Virus record (IMG/VR): IMGVR_UViG_3300033166_000001
Location: 26,654 to 90,653 of that record
Source of the DNA: a virus
Taxonomy: Duplodnaviria; Caudoviricetes
Length of the DNA stretch: 64,000 nt
Strand: one strand, 5' to 3'
Under the pieces are notes generated by a model. It was not told the origin of the DNA and made no database searches. It worked only from the letters and a program-made list of their open reading frames with translations. Shown here in pieces: positions 10,566-23,800 of the stretch. Position numbers and translations under genes: made by a program. Every line of letters starts with the position of its first letter. Position 1 is the stretch's first letter.

Positions 10566-12779
10566 ATGGCACAAAGAAATAGGAGAACATCTAAGAAGAA
10601 ACAACAACTTACCTATGAAGACATAAAAGACCTCTCTCCAGAGCAACTGGAACAGATGGGTTTAGGTAGTTGGTTAAAGGATAATGCAGGTAATTTAGTT
10701 CAAACTGTAGGTGGTGTTGCACTGGGAGCTGCCGGTGTCCTTACTGCTAATCCTATGTTAATAGCAGGAGGAGCAGGAATGGTAGGTTCAGGTGTAGGAG
10801 GCTTTTCAGAAACAGCTGGGCAGAAAGAACAAATGGAACTACAAGAGCAACAAATTAAAGAACAAAATGCTTTAAGTACGGCTAATACAAATCTACAAAA
10901 TAAACTAAATCAAAATCCTTTAGTAAATTATGTTCCTACAAGACGTAGAGGAGGGAAACTTCCTAAATACCAAGCAGGAAGTACTTTACCTATAGACTCT
11001 AAGGCTTATACCCCTCCAACAGAATCTGTTTCTAATAGTATGAGAAGATTGAGAGGGGAGACTACAGAAGATATGGAAGCATATTTTGCAGATGATCCTA
11101 ACGTAGCTTTACAGCATACCAGTTTTCCAGATCAAATATATCATTTACGTAAAATTAATGACCCTTATAGTGAATATTATGGAGGGTATGAGGTAGGGTT
11201 TGACCTTAGAGCTAATGATGGTAGAGTTAATGCTCCTATTGAAAGAATAAAAGCAGCTGATTGGGCTTCTTTTGTGGAAACACATAGAAAAAAATTTATA
11301 GGGCCGTACAGTAAATATTTAGATGTCCTTGAGCCTAAACAAATGGCTATGGGGGGTACTATTAATTATAGTGGACAAACACATGAAGGTCCTAATGGAG
11401 GAGTTCCTGTAGATGCTCAAGGTAATCCTAATGCTCAGAATCCTGTAGCTCTAGTAGAAAAAGGGGAAGTTAAATATGATACTGGAGAAGGAGATTATAT
11501 ATTCTCTGACCAACTAGAATTAAGGAAAGGTAAAACTTTCGCTAAGAAAGCTAAAGATATTCAGGCTAAATATAAAATGAGAATGTCTGAAGGAGTAATA
11601 ACTGACCCTATAGCTAAGAAAGGTTACGATAAAGAAATGCAAGACCTTGTTAAAAAACAAGAAGAACTAAGAAGTATAGTAGCTCCACAAGAACAACCTA
11701 TGATGAGGACTGGAGGGGGTTTACCTAAATATGATGGTGTAAGTTGGACTCCCGGAAACACTTCTTTTTTAAATCCCGAATATAACTTTAATCCTAGAGC
11801 TTCTTTTAATACTTGGCAACCAGAAGAACTAGACTATAAAACTCTAAGGCAAAACTATTATAGAAGTAATTCTATGGTACCATCCCCTAATTCTGCAGAA
11901 CTCAATCCTTATGATACAGATATAGATTTTGGTACTTTTGAAGAAGCTCCTTTAGCAAGACTTGGTAGAGATAATATGTTAATTCCAGATAGACTTACTC
12001 CTAGAGTAGCTTCTCTACCTTCTCCAGATATAATGCCTACTAGAGCACAATCTAGAGCAGATTTTGACCAAATACTTTCTAAATCTCCAGCTAAAAATTT
12101 ATATCAAGGACAGACCTGGACAGAAACTGGATTACAAATGATACCGGGTATTGCCAGTGGTATATCTAATATTGCTCTAGCTAGAAGTAGAAGAAGAGCT
12201 GCAGAGAATATGACTAAATTACAGGCTCCTCAAATAGTAGCACAACAAGTTAATTTAGAACCTGCCAGAGCTGGAATCAGAGAACAGGGTAATGTTGCTA
12301 GAGCCAATACCAGTAGAGGGCTTAGAGGGTCAAGTGCTACACCTGGACAATATATGAGTAATATGATTGCAGCTGAGACAGGAATACAGAGAGGTGTAGG
12401 AGAAGGAATTAATCAACTTAATATACAAGAGCAAACTCAGAATGCAGCCTCTAGACAATCTGCAGATGCTTTTAATGCACAGATGCAGGCTAGAGCAGAT
12501 GAAATAAATTATATGAAAGAACAACAAGCATTAGATGCTTATTACAATCAGTTAGCAGGAGGTATAGGACAAATAGGACAGGGAATTACTGGAGCATTAA
12601 GTACTAAAGCTTCAAGTGCTCAGATGGCTAATATGATGCAAATGATGCAGCCTAACTATATGCTTACCACAACTCCTGGAACCGAAGTGGACCCCAATGC
12701 AAATAGACTTAGAAGAGGTTGGCAAAGATTTAGGGGGCAACTTGATTATAATATAAATAAAACACCTAGAAACACTTAA
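10566..12779 (+). CDS. Internal virion (ejected cargo) protein
   Basis: N-terminal Gly/Ala hydrophobic segment, GQTHEGPNGGVP..EKGEV..IFSDQL motif, Gln/Ala-rich helical C-terminus. Confidence 0.65.
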   Translation: MAQRNRRTSKKKQQLTYEDIKDLSPEQLEQMGLGSWLKDNAGNLVQTVGGVALGAAGVLTANPMLIAGGAGMVGSGVGGFSETAGQKEQMELQEQQIKEQNALSTANTNLQNKLNQNPLVNYVPTRRRGGKLPKYQAGSTLPIDSKAYTPPTESVSNSMRRLRGETTEDMEAYFADDPNVALQHTSFPDQIYHLRKINDPYSEYYGGYEVGFDLRANDGRVNAPIERIKAADWASFVETHRKKFIGPYSKYLDVLEPKQMAMGGTINYSGQTHEGPNGGVPVDAQGNPNAQNPVALVEKGEVKYDTGEGDYIFSDQLELRKGKTFAKKAKDIQAKYKMRMSEGVITDPIAKKGYDKEMQDLVKKQEELRSIVAPQEQPMMRTGGGLPKYDGVSWTPGNTSFLNPEYNFNPRASFNTWQPEELDYKTLRQNYYRSNSMVPSPNSAELNPYDTDIDFGTFEEAPLARLGRDNMLIPDRLTPRVASLPSPDIMPTRAQSRADFDQILSKSPAKNLYQGQTWTETGLQMIPGIASGISNIALARSRRRAAENMTKLQAPQIVAQQVNLEPARAGIREQGNVARANTSRGLRGSSATPGQYMSNMIAAETGIQRGVGEGINQLNIQEQTQNAASRQSADAFNAQMQARADEINYMKEQQALDAYYNQLAGGIGQIGQGITGALSTKASSAQMANMMQMMQPNYMLTTTPGTEVDPNANRLRRGWQRFRGQLDYNINKTPRNT

Positions 12780-12781
12780 TA

Positions 12782-14788
12782 ATGGATAGAAGAAGATACC
12801 CTCGACAACAATATGTTCCACCAGGAATGGTAGACTTTGGTCAAATGGACTTTGGACACGATGTAGTAGCCCAGCAAATGCCTGGGATATTACAGAACTA
12901 TCAACAAAGATGGGATATGCAGGATGCTGCTATTGCCAAGCTATTAGAAGAGCAAGCTGGTACTCAAATGCTAGAAGGAGATGCTCAAGCTGTAGGAAAT
13001 CTTTTAAAAAGTAGTTTTGATGAAATAGATACTCTAGTTAAAGATAAATACCAGGGAGATAGAGGAGCTGCTGCTATGGATATAGTAAAGAGATTATCAG
13101 CTGCTAGAGCTCCTTTAGCACAGGCTAGGGCAGAAAAAGAAAGATACGATAAAGCTTTTGAACAGTACCAACAGTTAGCTACACAGGGTAAAGCTCCTAG
13201 AGGGAATTATGATCCTGTTACAGGAACTTTCCAAACATTAGGATTTACAGATTTTTATAAGGATACTCAGAGAAGTGCTTTTGATGAAAAAGGTAGATAT
13301 GTTCCTAGAGAATACCAACCATTAAGAGGAGCAGGACAACACTCTGAATATATAGCTAAGAATTATAGTAAAGAATTACAGGATAGAATTATATCAAAAG
13401 TACCCCAATTAGCTAATATAGAAGGTATAGGGAATATGATTAAAAGTGGGCAACTTAGAGGTATTACAGATGAAGAGGTAAACAAACTATTCTTTAGTAA
13501 TGGAGAACTTACAGATGAGGGTAGAGCCTATGTACAAGACTTTAAAGCTAATAGTACTTTTGCAGAACAAGAATTTGGGGAAGCTTTTAAAGATGATAAA
13601 GCTATAGGAGAATTTATAGCTAATACTGTTAAAGCCCAAACTGTAGGATCTATAGTAGACAATTATTCACAGTATAGTTCTGGAGAAAGTACTGATGCAG
13701 ACTTAAATTCTTACAGAACTTTTTCTGGGGTAGAGGTTACAGTACCAAAAGAAAACATGGCACAGGCAAAGGAGTTCATAAAAACTACTTCTTCTGGAGT
13801 AGGGGGAGGAATTGCTAGAGGACTTATCAAATCTGCTGTGCTTACAGCTGATCCTTTATATAGAAAAAAAGCTTCTTACAACGCTTTAGCAAAAGTGGCT
13901 ACATCTTTGTTTATAAATCCAAATTCTATTATAGGAGCTTCACTCAAAGCTTTTCCAGAGGCTTATGCCGATCTAATGCTTAAAACAGTGGAAATAAATG
14001 AACTATATTCCGCTACAGGAGGCACTGAAGGTAGAGTAGAAAAAGGAATAGAAAAACTTCAAGCTGAAGGAAACTCTGCACAACGTAATTTTGCTTCTTT
14101 AGCAGATATAGAAATGGATACAACTAACCCTGTAATACAGGCAAGTAGTCGAAGATATGCTCTTGCAGAAGATGCTCCAAAATATGTGAAAAGAGAACGG
14201 GCAAAAGATTATATTAAAGAATTTAGTACTATGTCAGTATCTCCTAAGATAAATGTGCGTTATAGCAATAAAAAGGATTTAGATCAACTGAAAGCAGAAG
14301 ATGAATTCTGGTTTGGTAGAAATGCAAATGATGAACCTGTATTTAAAGCTTCTATGGCGAATAATGCTGTGTTTATTAAAGGAGAGTCTGGAGAACCCGT
14401 AGGTGGTGCAGCTTTTATTAATGAGGTTGAAGATAGGCCGGTCCAGGCATATGGTACATATAGTAATGATAATCCTTTCGGAGTAGGAGCCAAACAAGTT
14501 ATAGTAGAAGGTAAAAACGGTCCGGATATATATGCGATGATTCCAACAGAGGATCCTAATCCTATAGATTTAGTAGAATGGCAAATACACAATGTTAAAT
14601 ATTTACCAGAACAAGAGATAGAAATAGTTACTCCTTTTGGTAATAATTTACAGATACGAAATATTTCTTCAGGGGATAAATTTTTAACTAATCCTGAGTA
14701 CGAAGTAATAGTAGATGGAACCAGAGTTAACCAAACTTTTAGGTCTACTGGAGATATTTTTATTAAGTATATGCAGGCCCTTCAATAA
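12782..14788 (+). CDS. Internal virion / ejection protein
   Basis: 668-aa helical ORF between the cargo gene and the giant RNAP gene. Confidence 0.55.
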   Translation: MDRRRYPRQQYVPPGMVDFGQMDFGHDVVAQQMPGILQNYQQRWDMQDAAIAKLLEEQAGTQMLEGDAQAVGNLLKSSFDEIDTLVKDKYQGDRGAAAMDIVKRLSAARAPLAQARAEKERYDKAFEQYQQLATQGKAPRGNYDPVTGTFQTLGFTDFYKDTQRSAFDEKGRYVPREYQPLRGAGQHSEYIAKNYSKELQDRIISKVPQLANIEGIGNMIKSGQLRGITDEEVNKLFFSNGELTDEGRAYVQDFKANSTFAEQEFGEAFKDDKAIGEFIANTVKAQTVGSIVDNYSQYSSGESTDADLNSYRTFSGVEVTVPKENMAQAKEFIKTTSSGVGGGIARGLIKSAVLTADPLYRKKASYNALAKVATSLFINPNSIIGASLKAFPEAYADLMLKTVEINELYSATGGTEGRVEKGIEKLQAEGNSAQRNFASLADIEMDTTNPVIQASSRRYALAEDAPKYVKRERAKDYIKEFSTMSVSPKINVRYSNKKDLDQLKAEDEFWFGRNANDEPVFKASMANNAVFIKGESGEPVGGAAFINEVEDRPVQAYGTYSNDNPFGVGAKQVIVEGKNGPDIYAMIPTEDPNPIDLVEWQIHNVKYLPEQEIEIVTPFGNNLQIRNISSGDKFLTNPEYEVIVDGTRVNQTFRSTGDIFIKYMQALQ

Positions 14789-14802
14789 TTAAAACCCAAA
14801 TT

Positions 14803-17800
14803 ATGTCTTTGAGAGAAAGTATAGCAAAAAAAATGGAACTACGGGATAGTATAACTTCAAATATACAACATCCTACTAATATATCTATGGAGACTTTTAA
14901 CACCCAAATAGATGCTCCAATATATGATTATAGACAAGAGGCTGTTATCGGAGAACACCAACTTACTTCTAAATATGATAAAGGATTGTTGCCTGGAGTA
15001 TCACAAGATTCCCACAGAGCTTCTAATCAAAAATGGTATGAACAAACTGCTAATTTTATAGGACAGGCCGCTCTAGGAGAAATATTAGGGGGTACTATGA
15101 TGTCTATAGGAGCTTTAGTTGAGGCTCCAGAGATGATATATAATTATCTTACAGGGGAAAAGAATGACTGGGATAATGCCATATTCTCATTAGGTAAGAA
15201 TATATCAGATTACTCTAGAGAGGCTATGCCTATATATCAAACAGGAGAAAGATTTGGAGATTGGGGCTGGTATATGCAAGGATTTACATCTGCTGTAAGT
15301 GCTGTTAGTATGATGGTGCCAGGAATGGCTGTAAGTAAAGGTATAGGTTGGGTAGCTAAGGCTATGAAACTAGCAGCTACTCCTTCTGCTATAGCTTCTA
15401 CATTACTAGGAGCTGGAGCAATGAGGCATTCAGAAAACTTTAGAGAAGCCGCTGAATTATACCAAAATTTTCAACTAACTCCAGAAGAACAGGAAACACT
15501 TGTTAATAAGTATAAACCTGCTATGGAAGAGGAGATGATGGCAGCAGGTGTTATATTTGATCCTGAGAATCCTCAAGCAGCTACACAGGAAAATATTGCT
15601 AAACAGGAAGCTATAAGAACTAAATATGCAAAATTACTAGAAGAAGATATAGAGGCAGCAAAGCAGATGGGTACAGCAATGGCCTACAATGCTAACTGGA
15701 TTAACTATGGTTTTGATGTACTACAACTAGGGGCTGTACTAAGACCTCTTAAGGCTCTTACTAGAGGAGGCACTATTGGTAGTAAAGTAGCGGCTGCACA
15801 TGATGCTACAGTTACAGGAACTAAATTACTACCTAAATCTTGGGCAGGTAGAGTAGGCCGGAGAATTTGGGATCCTGCAAAAGTAGGGTTACGTGAATGG
15901 ACTGAAGGTGTAGAAGAATTAATAAATACTATATCTGCTATAGAGGGAGAAAGAGCGGCAAGAATAGAACTTGGGGTAGAGAATGACGATGGGTCTACTA
16001 TTACAGATAGGGTATTAGGATACTTAGGAGAAGAAGAAGTACAAGATGCCTTTATATGGGGTATGCTTGGAGGAGTAATATTCAAAGGTGCTTCTAGAGC
16101 TATAGGTATGGATGCTGGAGCCTCTATAAATAATAGAAAACTAGCGGAAATAGCTAATAGAAGTGAACATCTTAAAGCATATAATGCTAATATATCAGCT
16201 ATAAGAAATGGTGAAAAGCTTGCTGATATGGAGGGTAATGTTATTGCTGATTACTCTAAACTAACCCCTAAAGAAAAAATAAGAGAAGAAGAATTAGTTA
16301 TAGAAAGAATGGGTTTTGATAAAGGGCTTAGAAGTTCTCAAGCTGGTACTATGGATATAGATGTCCAGTGGGCTAGAGATCCTAAAACTGCTAAGACTTT
16401 TATAGATATGGGTATGGCTGATGAAACTAATGTATCTGAAAAGATAAATAAGTTTGTGCAGCAGATGGAGAATGCTGAAAGGATTTACCAAAAGCATTAT
16501 ATGAACCTATTTGAGTCCCCAATAACTCAAACAGCTAAATCTATACTTACTCAACAGAATGTAGCCTTAGACCAACAATTACAACAAAATCAATCAGAGT
16601 TACAAAGATTGCAAACAGACTATAATAAGATATTAGCTTCTGATCCTTTCCTAGTTCAGAATGCTGATAATCCAGATGTAATGAATAGTATAAAACTATT
16701 GGCATTACAGATGGCTGAGGTAAGTTTAAAGGAGACTAAAACTATTAACAAGGGAAGTGAATTTATTACCAAAGCTATAGATGAATCTTTAGCCAGTATA
16801 GCAGAGGTAAAGAAGCAGTACACTACAACTAAACCTGTAAGTCTAGGTAATATCAATATGGAGCTTGTAAAGAACTTGGCTAAAACACAAGTACTAACAG
16901 CTTATAATGAAGGTATTAACAATGAACTTATCAGAAGGGCTGATAAAAAGAATATTGCCAAAGAAGCAGCTAAGATAGATAAAGAGGTAGAGCTACAAAG
17001 AGAGGCTGTAAATAAAAGGGCCCAAGAACTAGAAGAGAAAGAAACTCTAGAGCAAGAAAAGACTTTAAAAGACTTAGGCTATACTAAAGCTCAGATAGAT
17101 AGAATGCCTACTAAAAAGAGGCAAGAGATTATAGAGCAAGCTAAAGTAGAAGAACAAACCACTCTTTCTACAAAATCAACTTCCCCGTCAACTTCCCCAG
17201 CTGTTACAAGGGAAGTAGATTGGAATAACCTAATAGTAAATGCTGTTAATGAAAGAGAACTAGATGCTATTATAGATCAGATGACAGAAGCAGGTATAGA
17301 GCCTGATTTTGCTACTATTAATAAAAGAAGGGAAGAACTGACTCCTAAAGATAATAAGAAAGAAAAGATTGCTGATATTGAAAGAAGAAGGCAGGAAGAA
17401 TTAAGCAGAGAAACTCCCATAAAAAATGAAATGGTAAAAGTAGATACTGGAGATGGAGTTTTAACATTTAAAGTTATAACTTACAAAGATGGTTCAACAA
17501 GAATAAAAGGTTTTACTGAATCTGGGGAAACATCTTTAGCTGGATTTAAAAGAATTAATAATTATCCAACGATTGAAGATTTTCAAGATTATCTAAAATA
17601 CGATTTTGAGGAAAATGCTAATGGTATAATAGAAACAAAAACTGTAAAAGATAATTATACAGATAAACAATCTCTTGAAACAAAAGCTGCTAAAGAAAAA
17701 ACAATCAACGCTAAATACGATGCAGAACTAGCTGCTTTAGAACAAGAACAAGTTACAGAAGATTCTGGATTAGAACCAGATAATACAGATTTAATGACCC

Positions 17801-20800
17801 TTCTAAATCTTCCTACAGATATAGAAACATTTGAAGATGGTAATACCCCTCCTCTGTCAGATAAGGATATAGAAGATATTGAGAATAGTATTAATGAGGA
17901 GATGGAAAGTATTACTCCTCAGATGAAGAGGGTAAATGCTATAGGTATTATAAACCTTGTAAGAAGGCATAAACAAACTTCTACAGGAGAGAAGTTTAGT
18001 ACTACAGATGAGGTATTAAATCCTGAAGCTCTTTTACTATCCAGCTGGAAGTATTTTAATCCTGGAGATGAAGTTATTGTTTCTGTAGATACTGAATATA
18101 ATGGTGAAGTAAATACCTATACAGATGGTAGACAGAGATTAACTAAGGATGGAGAAGCTATAACAGAGAGAAAAACTTATGGACAACTTAAAGCTGATCC
18201 AGATAATCTTCCTATAAAAGTAGAATTAAAAAGAGGAGATGTAACTACAAAGGTAGGGTATTTTCCAACAACATATTGGGTAGGAGAAAAAAATGCAGAT
18301 GGTTCTTATGTTAACATAGCAGATGAAATGGCTATGGAAGGCAATGGAGATGTTCAAGTAGAACAAATGCAGCAATTAAGGAGAGAAATAGCTGCTGTAG
18401 AACACGGTACTAAATTATCTTTTAAAGTTACTAATTCTACTCCTGGTAGCCTATTCCTTACCTCTAAAAGAGTTAATGGTATTAGAGAGAAGAATCCTAT
18501 TAGTACTAATATGCCTACATTCCTAGAGTTACCTATATGGGCTAATACTCCAGGTGTAGCTCCTTTTACAGTATTTAACAAAGGGTTTATGATTAACAAG
18601 GATGTAAGATTCCCTGCTAACATGACCGTAGTAAAACCTGAGAATGTAGATGAGGTATTCCCTCCAGGTACAATTGTAATGATGGTTCCTTCTGCTAATG
18701 CTGGGGTATTTATTCCTAGACCAGTTAAACTAAATAGAATACCAACTCCTGTGGCCCAAGGTATAGCAGAAGTTATTAAAGGATATATGACTAAGAATGC
18801 TGAGGTAGCAGGTAAAGTATTTAAGACTGACCAAAGCATTGAAGGATTAAAAGCTTTAAAAGATTATTTAGAGCAGTTTATGTATTTTAGTCCTGTAGAG
18901 GATGTAAGAAAAAATACTTCTGTATTTGCTAAGGTAGGCTTTGATATGGAAACTGGTACCCTAATAGTAGCTAGTTCTATTAAACACGCAGAAGTACAAC
19001 TAAATAGATTTAGAGAGAAAGATTTTAGTGACCCTAAAGTACAAGAAGAATTTGATAAGCAGGTTACTCCTTTAGTAGAAGCTCTGACAAAGTTACATAT
19101 CACTGTTAGAACTACCATGATAAATAGTCAGGATAAATTCTTTATACCTAGATTAACTAAGGATGGAGCACTTGACTTTACAGAGTCCACTTTCAATGAA
19201 TATCTTTCAGATAACCTTCTTACAGATGTACTAGAGAAAACTACAGATGAAGGAGAGGCTGTATATGCAGTACAGCCTGTAGTAGAGATTAAATGGGATA
19301 AGGAAGATAAACTAGATCCTAAACCTAAAGAGCCTGTACAACAAACTCCAGATACTCCTGTAATACCTACTATAGATTTAAGTGGGCTAGATGTATCTGA
19401 TATTGTTGGAGAAGGAGATTTTGCTATAGGACTTGGTCCTAATCCTACTATGTCTCAATTAAAGACTAAGTTAAAGGGTAATGGTGTATTAAGTAATGCA
19501 GGTGTAAAAAGATTTGCAGCTAAACTAGCAAAATATAATAAAGAAAATGGTACTTCGCATCAGTATAAGGCTATACCTATAGGAGAGAGTGCTAGCTATA
19601 AAATAGAGTTAACTCTTTCAAATATGCCTGTTAATCAATGGGCTAAAGAACAAAGGGATGCCATTAAGAAGGATGATTTTGGACTAACTGTTGGAGATTA
19701 TGCTATAGGAGTTCCACAAGCAAATAAAATATCAGAACTAGCTTATAGTTACTTAGTTAGTGATGGAGAATATACCTTTACAGCTGAGAAACAACAGGCT
19801 ATTACTTCTACTATTACTAACTCAGTATTTGCTAAGTTACTAGAAGCTGAAGAGGTAGGAGAACAGATTACTGTTAGAGAAGCTTTTGATTCTGCTAAGA
19901 AACAATTTACTAATCTTTTAAAGGGTCTTAATAAGGTAAATACTGTAGCTACTCTTGAAAACTTTAAAGATATTAAACCTCAACTACAATCACAAGGTTG
20001 GGGATTTATACAGTCCTATGAACATTTACAGTTTCTTATAGAAGAAATTAGTAGGGTTACTAAAGACGATGTATTTAGACAGTTTACTTTACAAGTGCAG
20101 GATAATCTTAGAAAGCTAGATATTACTGCTAGAGAGGAAGAAACTAGTTTAGATGCAGAGGGTAATGAAACTACTCTAGAAAGAACTTGGGAAGATGGGG
20201 CATATCTTAAAATGTTTGCTAAGGATAGTGCTGTACGTAAGGTTAAACTAGCTTTAGGTAAGATTAGAGATACTAAATTGAACTATCTAGGATTACCTGC
20301 CTATGTTCCTTTTGATACTGTATTTGATGATATAATGAGTATTTTAAGTAGTAAGCCTATAAGCAATACTATTGAACAAAACAGTAGAGTTCTTAGGGAT
20401 ATAGCCCTTAACAATCCATATAAAGCATATTTATCACAAGTAGCAGATTTACTAGATAATCCAGATGTAACCCAGTCCCTTAAGAATAACTTCCAGTCTG
20501 TTATTATGAGAAATAATAATGACTTTGTATTCTTAATCTGGAATAAAGGGGATAAAGGTTGGACTTTTAAACCTATGGATGCTAATAGGAATAATGTAGT
20601 CAGTAGAATAGTAGATAGTTGGAATGAAAACTTTGTTAGGAGCCCTTTAGTTAAAGAGGTTAATGGGGAGAAAGTTCTAGATAAGCAGGCTGTAAAAGAT
20701 AAAGGATATACTATAGAGGATGTTAAAAACTTAGATACTTTAGAAAAGAAGAAAGCTTTTACTGAAAGATTGTTCCTAGACCTTGGTTTAGGTATAGATC

Positions 20801-23800
20801 CATCAGCTTTAGAAAAACTATTTAATTCTCTAAATTTAGTTAAAGATTTTGGTAAAGGATTCCCAGGAGGATTTGGTGCCCAGTTTGGTTTTACCGCTAA
20901 AAATGAACCTAATGGACTAATATCATCATTAGTGCATGCTCTTAATATAGAACAGGCTGTAGAAGAGGGAGATAGCCTATTTGAAGTTAACAATCCTTTT
21001 GTAGGTAAGAATAGTGAAAGAGCTGCTAAGTATCTTGCGGGTATAGCTGCTAACTATAGTGAACTTATATTCTCAGACTCTCATAGAAATATTAATGGGG
21101 ATACCGTTAATAATTATGCTTTTTATACCCCTGAGACTTTAAGAATAAAGGCTATACATAATCCAGAGGTTAGAGCTAGATTAAGAACTCAGGCTATTAC
21201 CCACAATTCTTTCTTTCTAAGAGAACTAGATAGAGGAAAGGAAATTAAGTACCATTTAGAAGATGGTATGAGACAGGAAGGCAGATCTGATAGTGGTGTA
21301 GGTAGAGGAAAAATGTCTTCTAGAGAACAAAGGTTACTAGCTATAGGGCTATTCCAACAGATAAACCCTCAATATGTAGGGCTTACCCACTCAGATAAAT
21401 CTCTTACACCTATAGTATCTGCACCTAAACTAGGACTAAGTATAAGTTCAGAGTACATAACTGTAGTAGATGGTATACCACAAATATCTGTAGAAGCTTT
21501 ACCTAATAGAGTTAGAACAGAAATACAAGAGCTTATTATAGCTGAGAGAAATAGGATTAGAGAAATAGGAGATAAGATTAGAGAGCTTGGTGAAGAGGTT
21601 GCTAAAAGAGAATTAGGAGAACAATACTTTGAAGGTTCCCAATATTTCTACTTCTTTCCAGAATTAAATAATATAGTTAGAGAAAATGGAGTAGTAAGTC
21701 TAGCGCAACTAAATAATTTAGATGCTTTAGTAGACAGTGCTATGAGTACTATGGTCGATACTATCAATGATACTATCAAGGAGTGGTATGAGGATGGTAC
21801 TATTTACCAAGATAAAAAAGTCTGGAAAACTAGATTTAATCAAGCTTATATTAACAGTACCCCTAAATATACAAATCTCCCATTTGAAGCTATGGTTGCA
21901 CATGCAGCTGTAGATATGGATATAAACTATGCCATCTTCAATGCTAATATGATGAGTGTAGTACAGGGAGATCCTGCACAGACCTTTAAGAAAAGTAAGA
22001 AGAAAGGTGCTACAGCTATAGACCATGTAGAGACTACTTTAGAAGAATATCAAAAGAGAGAGGCTAAAGATATGGCTCCTGGTGCTTTAGGGTACTGGGG
22101 ATGGAGTACTAATGTTGGAGGTAATATGTATAAGGCTCCCAGTAATTATGGAGTAGCCTATATTAATGATGTTACCTATGGGACTTTAATGGATGGGTAT
22201 TTAAGTACTTTAGAAGCCTATACAGGTAAACTGGATAGAACAGATGCTCAAGAACTAACCACAGTAGAAGAACATATAGATGTTATGTTCTCTTATGGTA
22301 AGATACCCGATAATATCTATCAAAGTGTTAAAGCTAAAATACTAGCCAATAAAGGAGGAAAGTATAAACTTACTCCAGAAGAGAAAAGGTTTGTACTTCA
22401 GCCTATGAAACCTGTACAGATAGTTAGAACTTGGAATCCTACATTTGGTGTAGAGGAAACTCATTATATTAAATCTTCTAGTTTTCCTCTTCTACCAGAA
22501 CTAGTAGCAGGTACAGATTTAGATGTTATTAGAAAGGCTATGGAGACCAGTACCTCTAATGGTAATAGAGGAGTACAAAGATTAGCCTATAAAACAGCTG
22601 TTAAAGTTGGCCATAAGAGATTAAACACATTATTTGATAGTAAGGGTGTAGTTAATAAAACTGTAGAATTTACAGATGATGATATAGTAGTCCTTGATAG
22701 AGAAGGGTTCTTTATTCAGCAAGAGGTTCCTTACAAGGAAGGAGACCATAGGATTGTTACAGGTAGTCAGATGAATAAGCTTCTGTTCCAAGGATTAGGG
22801 GATAACTTTACTTTTAACTTTCAGGATAAGGAATATACTACAAAACAACTAAAAGCTATTAAAGAAAGTGTAAGAGTAGAACTCTTTAAAATGTCTGAGC
22901 GTGAAATACATAATAAGCTTGGCATGGAGTTAGTAGATGGTATTCCTACTTTTATAAATCTTGCAGCTCTTAGAGAGTCTTTAATAGATGAAGCTAAAAA
23001 AAGAGGTTGGGGGCTAAATGATATAGATGCTCTTAGAATAGTTGATGGTGCTGTAGTAATACCATTTGCTTTTAATAATAGTGCTCCTAGAATAGAATCT
23101 ATGATACTATCCATATTCAATGGAATAATAAAGCAGAAAATGAATGGTAAATCTCTAGTACAAGGTACAGATGTAGGATTAAGACAGACTAGAGAATTTA
23201 ATGAGGATATAGATACTATTGGAGGAGAAAATGGTATAGTGCTTATAAGGGATGGTAATGGGAAATTACTATTTGATAAGCAGAAAGGATTACAATATTC
23301 AGATATTTCTAAAGACGGAGTAAAACTTGCTCAGGTATTTATGCCTTGGAAATATGAAGGAGAACTAAAGAACTTTATTAATGATAAAGGAGAATTAGAT
23401 ACCTCTAAAATAGACCCAGAACTTCTTAAGCAGATAGGATTTAGGATACCCACACAGGGGCATTCATCTATGTTAATGATACAGGTAGTAGGATTTTTAC
23501 CTAAAGAGATGGGAGACTTAGTACTAGTTCCTGGAGAGATTACTAAACAGATGGGTTCTGACTTTGATGTGGATAAGCTATTCAACTATATCTATAATGC
23601 AATACTATCAGATGAAGGAAAACTTATTAGAGTACCTAATGAAAAAGTAGTTAAAGTAGATGAAGAGGGTAATGTTGAGGTAGACAGAAAAGAATTAAGG
23701 CTTTGGATTAAACAGACCTATAATACTAGGTATAAGAATGGCTGGGCTATAGCCGATAAAGTATCAGAATATTTAAAAGATACTGATACTCCTTTAACTT

